Shown in pieces: positions 37,692-48,600 of a stretch of DNA of 64,000 nt. The stretch comes from Felis catus. Lineage: Eukaryota. Position numbers and translations under genes: made by a program. The stretch is from contig NC_058385.1 in the NCBI RefSeq assembly GCF_018350175.1, positions 66,774,001-66,838,000 of the forward strand, read 5' to 3'. A model generated the notes under the pieces. That model worked only from the letters and a program-made list of their open reading frames with translations. It made no database searches and was not told the DNA's origin. Each line of letters begins with the position of its first letter. Positions within the stretch are counted from its first letter, which is position 1.

Positions 37692-40600
37692 CTTAAGCAG
37701 GTTCCATGTTCAGTGTGGAACCTGATGTGGGGTTCAATTCCATGACCCTAGGATCATAACCTGAGCTGAAATCAAGAGTCAGACACTCAACAGACTGAGC
37801 TACCCAGGCGCCCTGAGATGTTTTAAAATAGACAAATGACTGAGTCCCAACCTGATCCTATTAAATCAGAATCTCTGATATAAGTATTTGCAAAACTTAC
37901 CAGATAATTCCAACGTGAAGCCAGGGTTAAGACCCACTGGTCTGACAGAAATTAGAAACTTTCCCATTGACATCCCAATGAATCAGAAAGACAACTTAAA
38001 AATGTGCGGAGGCTTTACACAAATAAGAAATCCTAGACTGTATTAAAGGAGCAAAAGATAAAGGGAAGAGGTTTATCACAGATTCTGAGGGTAGAAATTC
38101 AACCCAGGGTTTTCAAAATGGGTGACATGGAACACTGAATGTATTAAAGCCTGTTGGACTTTCAACTGAAAAAGGAATTCTTTTTAAAATTCTCTCTCAG
38201 TGCATCATATTGAGTCATTCTTTGCCTCGTGATAGTATGTCTTTCACACTCTTTCAACCCAGAGATTGGCAAACTATGGGCTATGGTCAAATTCTGGCCC
38301 ATCATCTGTTTTTATAAATAAAGTTTTACTGGAACATAGCCAACCTACTCATATACATTTAGTCAAAGGCTGCTTTCACACTTCAGTGGCAGAGTTGAAT
38401 AGTTGTAACAGAGGTTGTGTGGCACACAAAGGCTGAGATAATTATTTTCCCAACCCCTTCTCTTCTTTATGCAAATAGATTTTTTTAATCAGAAAACAGA
38501 TGACAGAATCTGAGCCTTCAGCTGGCAGTAGTATTTAGCTAGAATTTAATATAGTCTTTTTGCCTTCATTTAGTTATCCACATTTATATCAACTGATAAT
38601 TGATTTTCCATTTATGATACTAACATAAAGTTTCTTTTTAAGATTAATTTTTTATGTCAAAAAATGAGTGAACTTAAAGAAAAGAGATAATAGAGCTATT
38701 AGCAGCATAGACAGCATATGTGTTTGGCAACATTCATGAAAGTCGTATTCAAATCTGAAGTTTGGGAAACATTGAATGTATATCCAGTCCCCTCATTTTA
38801 CAGGTAAACTGAGGCCTAATTGTTGAGTCGTCTGCACAGGGTCACTTACTTGCTTATGGAAAAATCTGGAGCCCTCCCGCTCAGGACAATGTTCTTTTAC
38901 CTCTCACTGGTTACTCATTTGTACTTTGAAACTAATTAGCATGAATGCAAAGTATTGTACTATTCATGAATTCAGAAACAGAAAGATTCTGGCAACGTTT
39001 CCACGGGCATGTTTAGTAGACATTGATGGGCAATTTGAAACACAACAGAGGGGCCATTCACATCTTTAAACATGAATCTTGGGTGATAGTGGCATATTGT
39101 TTCATTAAGTTGATTGTTTCTTAGGCATGGTTTCCTTGGAACAATACATTTGACTTTTTTTTTTAAGTCTTGCTTTTTTTTTTGTTGTTTTAAATCAAAA
39201 TCTACTTAAATGCTTATAGAGCAAAAAGGAGACTACTAATTAGAAAAAATATATATATTGCATTGTACTCTGTGGGGTCTATTTAAACACAGTTTCAGGG
39301 GCGCCTGGGTGGCGCAGTCGGTTAAGCATCCAACTTCAGCCAGGTCACGATCTCGCGGTCCATGAGTTCGAGCCCCGCATCAGGCTCTGGGCTGATGGCT
39401 CGGAGCCTGGAGCCTGTTTCCGATTCTGTGTCTCCCTCTCTCTCTGCCCCTCCCCCGTTCATGCTCTGTCTCTCTCTGTCCCAAAAATAAATAAAAAACG
39501 TTGAAAAAAAAATTAAAAAAAAAAAAACACAGTTTCAATCGTATAAGAGTATTTGGTATTTCACCATGTACTTATTGTTCTATTAGCATTCTCCATGGTC
39601 ATAGCAAAGTTGATTCCTCCATTCTTAGATCGTCTGCCCATTTGGACCCTTTCAGAGATCTGTTAATCAAGGAGGTCGACAGGATAGCCAGTCAGTGTGT
39701 AGGAAGCCCGAGAGTTCTAGCTAACCTTAAAAGGTGATAAGAACACATAGAACTGTTACACTATTGATCTATCTTTTCAGAGATGCAATTTTAAAGTGAC
39801 ACATACGAGGGGCACCTTGGTGGCTCAGTCGGTTAAGCGTCTGACTTCAACTCAGGTCATAATCTCATAGTTTGTGGGTTCAAGCCCCACATCAGGGCTG
39901 TGTTGACAGCTCAGCGCCTGGAGCCTGCTTTGGATTTTGTGTGTCTCTCTATCCCTCCTCTGTTCACACTGTCTTTCTCTCAAAATAAATAAACATTTAA
40001 AAAAATTTTTAAAAAGTGACATGTATGAAATATGTGTTTGGCCATCATTCTAAATGGATAGGAATATTTGCATCATTTGGCAAATAAGTCTGAAAATAGA
40101 AAAAACATCCACTTGAATCAGATCTTGATATGATTTACATATGTAGGCTGACTGTGTATTCTTGAAAAATGAGTGAAACTTTTCAGTTAAAGTAAATGAC
40201 CTGTCTTCTAAACGTGGGATTATCTATATGTTGGCATTTTGAGACCACTTTTAATGAAGATTGATATTGTTAGATCATTTTCCAGAAAGACAAACTTTCT
40301 CAGGCTATGCTTTCTGCGTTATACATTGAGTTGGTGTGAGTTGAGTTGGCATTATGCATTGAGTTGGTGTGATACATTGAGTTGGTCACCTATCAAAAGG
40401 TGACTAGAAGGTGGGAATCTGACCTTAAGGAGATCTGACCTTAAGACTCTCCAACATCTAGCGCCCTAAGGTGGTGGGCACCATCATTTCTTTTTTTTTT
40501 TTTTTTAATTTTTTTCAACGTTTATTTATTTTTGGGACAGAGAGAGACAGAGCATGAACGGGGGAGGGTCAGAGAGAGAGGGAGACACAGAATCGGAAAC

Positions 40601-43600
40601 AGGCTCCAGGCTCTGAGCCATCAGCCCAGAGCTTGACGCGGGGCTCGAACTCGCGGACCGCGAGATCGTGACCTGGCTGAGGTCGGATGCTCAACCGACT
40701 GCGCCACCCAGGCGCCCCAATCATTTCTGAAGGTACTGACAGTATATTCAGAAGTACAAACAATGTGACTGGCCCACCATGCACTGAGCTCTGATATAGG
40801 GAGACTATATGGGGCAGTCCTTTCAGGGGCTACACTCAGAGGAGAGGTGAACAAATGGACTCATGATTGTTTTAATCAGTGACTTTCCATTGAGCACTGC
40901 TCATCTGGGCAGGAAAACTTAGCTCAACGGCCTCAGTGCTGGATATTTCTGTAGAGAAGCCTCTCTCACTCTGGCCATCAGAGTTACTTATGGGTTAACA
41001 GTCTTTTGGGGGGAAACCGCTGCCTCTCGCCTGCTGTTGTCACTATCAGGAGGACAAGGGTCAATCTTGAAGATGGATTGGCTCTACCCTGTGATAAGAA
41101 AGGCAATCAGTGTGAGGGAATATCTAGGCCAGAGGGGCAGGAATACATGGTTGCTGGTAGAAGTTCAGTCAGATAAAGACATTATGGGGTCATCTCCTGC
41201 CCTATTGCCTTGCTTTCCCTAAGGTCTGTGTCTCAGAAGCAATTTTGTCTCTCTGGGGACATTTGGCAGTATCTAGAGACATTTTTTGTAGTCATAAGTA
41301 AGGGAGTGCTACTTATCTCTAATCCTACAGATCAGCGATTCCTCTAAACCATCATATAAGGCACAGAACATCCCCTCACAGAAGAACTTTCTGGTTCCAA
41401 TATCAATAGTGCCAAGATCTAACATGATGCGTGTCTACCACCCTGGCCTAATGACTGCAACAATGCTATAAACACGTTTCTTTAAAAGGTCTTGAGAAGG
41501 CTGGGCTTCTGGTGCAAATGGCACATAGGTACTGACAAAGGCAAGGTCCCCAGTGACAAAGAGCGAATTGCTGTGGTTACATAAAAGGGAGGATCAGAAG
41601 TGGACCATGATGTCTTTCTTCCTTTAATTTTATTTCAAAGAAACTAGATGACAAATCTGAAAGGTAACTGGGTAACTAGGAGGAAGAATCTGGCTTAAAG
41701 TTGGTCGTCATCCTGTCATCATCCTCTGTTCTTTGTCTGCATCACAGTTGTAGGCTTCACAGCCTCAGCTGGCAGGGGCCTCATCAGGCAGCCTCAGCTG
41801 ACTCATTCTTAGGGGCCCTTTAGTATTATGGTGGGCTGGACAGCTCAGAGTTTCTACTAGAGGTGGAATTACATGCCCTGTATGGAAACAAGATCGCATC
41901 CTGGGGGAAAGTGACTGCTTTGAGGTTGTCCACAGATTGTTTTGGGAGTCAGAGACCTCTAAAGAGTGTTAAAACTCCAGATATCCAATTACTGCTGTAT
42001 TGCATCCATGAAAATGAACTTGGAGGATAAGGTGATTGTGGGGAGATGATGGTCATTCCTCAACCATGAAAGGAACCATGCCTTCAAGAGTTATGAAAAA
42101 TGAAGCACTTTTCTCATTAGAAAAGAACTATCCATTTCCTTCTTCTATTGCCAAAGGCCGTTTTTCTGCCAATTCAATGAGAGTATAAACTTGGGATTCA
42201 TTGCTTGCAGGAAAAAAAGAAGCAAGTGTACTCTGGGGTCCTCAAGAGTCAATGATAAGTGGGTAGACGGAATTGGAAAGAGAAAATACTGGGGGCTGAG
42301 CTGGGTCATTACAGCATTGAATGGTGCTGTGTAAAAGGCATAGCCAACAGTATGTGGACAAGTTTTGATTTGCTAAAAAGGAAACAAGGTAAAATAGCTA
42401 AATTTGCTTTGAGCAAATTTCTGTCTCCATCAGAATCAAAACAATGAATGTTATTCTTTCCCCTGGTAAGAGTTTAAATATGCATTGGATCCAATCCTAT
42501 TAATTACTTCTTTAAAATTCTTTTAAACATTTTAATCTTCCTTTTCATTTCCACCACAACCATCCAAACCCCCATTACAGGAAGGGTGAATTATTTGACT
42601 GCCTTTCTATCTTATCTTTGAGTCATCATTCCCTATTTCAGTCCATCCAATATGGCAGCAGACACAGCAGTAGTAATATTAATAAAAATCATAGTTATAA
42701 GAAAGCAATACGATAAGGCAATATCCCCAAGCCCCAAGGATTGGTAAAGCCAACCTCTGCCACAGTGACAGTTCAAGGATTAGGTACATGACCCAAGTCA
42801 ATCAGAATTTTTCCCTGACATGTGATAGAAACTTAGGGGGAAAAAAACCCCTCTTTTCCTTGATGTTGTTAACGTGGAGCTACGTGAGGCCATGGCCCTC
42901 TCTGTGGTGCCCAAACTATCTGTGGCCATGCCTCCCTCTCACCAACAACTTTTGCCTCCCACACCACTGGGGAAAAAGAAAAGGTTCATTTTCAGTGGGA
43001 GAGAATGAGCCCAACATGTAGAAAGAAGGAGAGAGAGCGAGAGAGTGAGATTGAGGAAGAATGTGCTAGTTGACAAGATGATATCTCCAGCCCCAGGGAT
43101 GAATCACGATTCATGGCTGTCCTCTTCCCCTCGGCCAGTGATTGGTCTAGGGACAGGCTTTTGACCAACTCTGACTAATGAGATGGGATGTGATGCCTGC
43201 TTGGGGGCTTTCCAAAAAGATTATTCTCAGTGATAGGGGAGTGGTAAGAAGAAACATACTTTTTTCTCTGTCCCCTTCCCTCTTAGTTGTGATCCTATCG
43301 CGTGTGATCATGAACTTAAACACAGACCACTATCTTGTACCCATGAGGGGAGCTGCTGTGAACACATCAAGGGTGGCAGAATGGAAAGGTAGACATGGCA
43401 TGGGTCCTTAATGATGTGACTGAGCCACTCAACCAACACTGGAATCCCCTCCTTTCAGACTTCGTGTGAAGGCTAATAATTAAATGTCTTTGTTACTTAC
43501 GCCACTCTTAGTCTTGTAGTCTACTACTTGTACTCACATACTGACTTGAAAACAAAACAACTATGAATTTGTACTCCTCAAATTACCTCAAGCGCAGCCT

Positions 43601-45617
43601 TCTCTCTTGAGTTTCAGATCCAGCTACCTGCTAGGTGTTAAACCCAGGTGTCCCACGGATATCTCAAACTCAGCAGATCCCAAAGCCAAATTCATCCTCG
43701 CATTGAGCAAACTTCCAGTTTGTTCTATCCCCAGGATGCACCCCATTCACCTGGGTACATAAGCCAGGTACCTGAATCACTCAGTAGTCCTCCTTGTCCC
43801 TCACCTACCTGTCCACTTAGCCAGTTACATCTATTTGACCTTCCCATCAGTCCTCTTATCTCTGATCCCACTGCCACTGTTTAAGTTGGGAACACAGGCT
43901 CATCATCTTTCTCCAGGGCCACTGCCTCCTAAGTGTTTTATTTGCCTTTGGTCAGGAATCTCTCCGAAACTTTCTCTACTAGCTTCTAGCATGGTCCATC
44001 CAAAGTGCATCTCTGACCTTGTCATTCCCTTGTCTGAGGTTAGTTATGGCTCCTCTATTGCCTAAGATACTAGTTCTCAAAGTGTAGCCCCTGGACCAGC
44101 AGCATTAGCATCATCAGGAAACTTGTGAGAAATGTAAAATTTGGGGCCCTGCTCTACTGAATCAGACACTCTGCAGATAGGGCCCAGCTCTCTGTTTAAA
44201 CAAACCTTCCAAAGGAATCTGATGTACGTCGTTTAGAAAACACTACTGGCCTAAAGCAAAAAAACCCAATTTCCTTGGTGTAGTAGGTTGAATAGTATGC
44301 TCCCTGAATGCATGTCTACTTGGAACCTCAGAACGTGACCTTACTTGGAAATAGAGTTTTTGCTGAGGTAATTAGTTAAGAATCATGGGTGAGATCATCC
44401 TGGATTTAGAATGGGTCCTAAATCCAGTGACTGGGGTCCTTAGAAGAAGAGAAATAGAGGGGTGGGCCATGGGAACATGGGAACATGAGATTGGGACTCT
44501 CCTGCCCTGAGCCAAGGACTGCAATGCCTGGGGCCACCAGAGGCTGAAAGAGGCAAGAAAGAATTCTTCCCTACAGTCTTCAGAGGAAACGGTGGCCCTG
44601 CTAACACCTTGATTTTAAATCCCTAGACACCAGAACATTGAAAGAATACATTTCCATTGCTTTCAGCCACCCAGTTTGTGGTCCTTTGCATATTAGCCCT
44701 AGGATACCAATACACTTTGCATAGCAAACAAGGGCCTTTAGGACACCCCTGTGCATCTGGATTGCTGCTCCCTGATCAGTGATCTATCAAAAATATGCGT
44801 GGTGCGCCTGTTATGTGTCAAGCCCCAGTGATGGAGCCGTGATGAGCGGTGGCAGTGCGGGCCCTGCAGAAGCTCCCGGCCAGGGGGAGGGGCTAGCAGC
44901 TGCACAGGCAGGTGATGTTTGACGGATTCAGTGCTCTGCAGGGCAAGAGCCTTCTTGTACCTCTCTGCACGTATTCTGGCACCGTAAAGACTGCCCTTCT
45001 GCACCTTAGGAAGCCTCTCCCACTCCTTCCTCCCACACAGAATCACTCTCTCCCCTAAGTTTTGGACGTGTTTCTATTAGTGCATTCGTTGCACATCGTT
45101 GTAATTGTTTACTTGTTTGCCTCCCTTGCTAGACTGTGAGCCATTCAGAGGGCATGGACTGTGCTCTTTTATTCCTCTTTTTATCAGTGGTGCCTCAAAC
45201 AGCACCTGGCTCATGGGAGTTTCTTTAAAAAAAATGTGTTGAACTGATAACGAGGATGAAGAGTGGTTTCCTTCCCCTGTTGGCAGAGGGACTCAAGCTT
45301 ACTTTTCTCCATGCAGTGCTAGGATGAGTTGTGGGAGAGACTGCAGCCTGGGGTCAGTGGAAGGGGCAGAATGGGGCAGTTCCCTGGACTGCTTTTGGTG
45401 TCAAAGGCCCTGGAGGAGGGTGTGGGACTAAGTAGGCTTTAAAAGCCATCATCCGGGCATCTCTGCAGGCTGAGTGATGGGAATGGTTCAGTCAAAGCTG
45501 GGGCACAGCTCCAGCCTATGCCTGTGAGAGGCTTTTGCTTCAAAGTTGATTTTCTTTCTTTCTTTTTTTCCCCAAAGTTTATGTATTTATTTTGAGAAGG
45601 AGCGAGGAGCGGGGGAG

Positions 45618-45670
<53 letters not shown>

Positions 45671-48600
45671 ATTCCCAAGCAGGCCCCACACTATCAGCAC
45701 AGAGCCCAATGTGGGGCTCGATCTCATGAGCTGTGAGATATGACCTGAGCCAAAATCAAGAGTCAGATGCTTAACTGATTGAGCCACCCAGGTGCCCCTC
45801 AACACTGATTTTCAAACTTGAGTGTACATCAGAATCACCCGGAAGGTTTGTTCAGGTGCAGTTGCTGGGCCTTCGCCCCAGAGGTTCTGATTCCATAGAT
45901 CTGGAGTGGGGCCCAATAATTTGCATTCCTAACGGATCCTAGGTTATTCCAGTGATGGCCTGGGGGCCACATTTGGGCACATCCCTGCACTAGAGGAACA
46001 CGTGACATAAGACCCATGGTTCTCAACTTTGGGTACATTAGAAATTAGTTGTGGAGTTTTTAAAAAGTACAGATACAGGAGAACCTTACTCACACATTGG
46101 CCGGGGCGGGGGGTGTAACTGGTCATAGGGATTTGGACTCCAAATGAGTAAAACATTGGTTTGCGTAAGCCTTTCCCGTAAAACATAATGAACTGATGAG
46201 CTGATCACACGTTTATTGAGCATTTGCTATGTGCCAGGGTTTGTGTCAGTAATGGGGATACAGAGATGAACAAGACACCGTCCTAGCCCCAGTGAGCCAT
46301 CAGTCCAGTCTGGGGAAGATGTGTGAACAGCTAGTTCTAAAATCCTGTGGGAGGGGAGTGATGACATTGTACACAGAGTAGCATGGAAACACTAAAGAGG
46401 AGCATCAGATCTAGGGGAAGAGGAGGAAGCTCAGGATCGGGGGTAAAGAGGAGATAATGGTCCACTTCAACAGATTTAGAAATCCCAGTAGGTTAGCATC
46501 TAGTTGGTATAACGTGAAGAATTTCTACCTAAATCCAAATGCATGCTTCACCTCTCCTTGGTCAAATTACCTCATCTCTCCGTGCTTCACTTTCCCCAGA
46601 TTGCAAAGGGGATAATGATCCTGTCTCCCTCACAGAGTTGTGTGGACCAAAGGACCAAAAGGACACGTGTACATGGGGGACTTGGTAGAGTGAAGGGCTC
46701 AGAGTTCACGCACACAGCCCGGGCCCCCAGAGCAGCTCACAGTCTAGCAAGCACTTGAGAAATGTCAGTTATCCTCATCATCCTTCCAGAAGGCCCCCTT
46801 GAAGCCTCCAGTTATGCCCATCATCACTGGGAATTTGAATTCTGGGTGCTGTACAGCAGGGCAAGCATCTGCCAGATTCCATCCCCTACACCAAGTGGCC
46901 AACCGCCCCGCCCAGGCTCCTACAGCATTAAAGCTCTTGTGTCAGTTTTTCAGTTTGCAAGTTCTTCCTTCCATTGGTATATTTGTCCTTGGCAAACTTT
47001 CCCCCCACCTTTAAAAGACTTTAGAATGGGGGCGCCTGGGTGGCTCAGTCGGTTAAGCAGCCGACTTCCGCTCAGGTCATGATCTCACAGTTCATGAGTT
47101 CGAGCCCCGCATCGGGCTCTGTGCTGACAGCTCAGAGCTTGGAGCCTGTTTCAGATTCGGTGTCTCCCCCTCTCTCTGCCCTTCCCCCATTCATGCTCTG
47201 TCTCTCTCTGTCTCAAAAATAAATAAACGTTAAAAAAAATTTAAATGACTTTCAAATGACTGCTTTTTATCTTCCAGAGACAAGAAACCCCTAAAGCCAA
47301 CATTGTGTGTGATTGTGTCTCAAATGCAGCCAACTTTGAGTAGGAGGCTTGTTTTTAAAGGAAGAAGGTATGCTTTAGTGCATGTCCTGTTTTGACATCA
47401 GGGGCCCTTTTTGTTTCCTTCTATACCCACGGTGGTGTTCAGGACTAATTTGGGGGGATAAATGATTTCCTGATAGGAGAGGTAGGACTATGTGGTCTTA
47501 GTTTCTTTCGTGGTTTTTCTTTAGGGTTTGAGACTCACACTTCAATGCACACTCTTGGTTAAAGCCATACTTACTTTATCCCAAACTCCCAGTCACATTT
47601 TCACTTCCCTCCAGAGCCTACCTTCTTTTCCCAGGCATCTGGACCTATTCCCACCTCATGTGTGGCTCCTGGGTGTTCCTAATCCACCTGCCTCGGAGCT
47701 TGCCTGTTCATCTGCTCCAAGTCCCAAACTGTTTTCCATTTTAGACAATATTTACATTGGCTAAATATTGGCACAAGCAAGTCATAAAATGTGGCATGCT
47801 CACAAACACCGTGGCAGATCGCTGAGCAGATGTTCTAACATTTACAAGTCGGTTTTCACTTATGGACATTTATAATGACACCTGCTTTCATTGGCGGTAT
47901 GCTGATCTGTTCTTGTAAGAATAGTGTTATGCTCCAGTTCCGCGTTTCTCAAACACAGCTGCACATTTGGAACCACCTGGGGAGCATTTGCAAATCCCAG
48001 TGCCCAGACCAACCACCAGACCAAGTAATTCAGACTCTCTGGGGGTAGAACTCAGGATTCAGTGTTTTTTAAAACTCCCCCGGTGATTCCAATGTGCGGC
48101 CAACTGTGAGCACTCATTCCCCAGTTTAGTGCTTCTCAGACTGTACTGTGCGTAAGAATCACTTGACGATCTTGCTAAAACGCAGATCTGATTCGGTAGG
48201 TCTTCAGGAACTTTGGGTTCTGCATTTCTAACAAGCACCCAGGCCATGTAGATGCTACTACTAGTCCAGAGACCACACTTGGAGTAGCAAGGCAAGTCGT
48301 GCCTAGTGCCTTGAAAATAATTTTCCAGAAATCATTTGTCCTCTTGAGTTTGTCCATGGCTCCCTCCCTATTGCTCTGCCCATACGCCACAGCCACACTC
48401 CAATGGCGAAGGGATTTCACTGTTGATTTCAATTTTCTATTTTCCTCCAGATAACGATTCTTCTGAAAACAACCCACACAAGAGAAGAGTCATCTAGCTA
48501 AATCTGAGCAGATTTTCCTGTGGATCTTATTTTTCTGTCTATGCACAAAGCTCACTGAGCACAAGGTCATGCCCTCTAGGCTAAGCAAACTCTTTGAATA

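Noticed and set aside
39298-39375. tRNA-like A/B box sequence
   Set aside because: SINE head derived from tRNA, followed by the SINE body; not a tRNA gene.
40321-40390. Repeat-spacer-like pattern
   Set aside because: Short eukaryotic tandem duplication with no unique spacers; not CRISPR.
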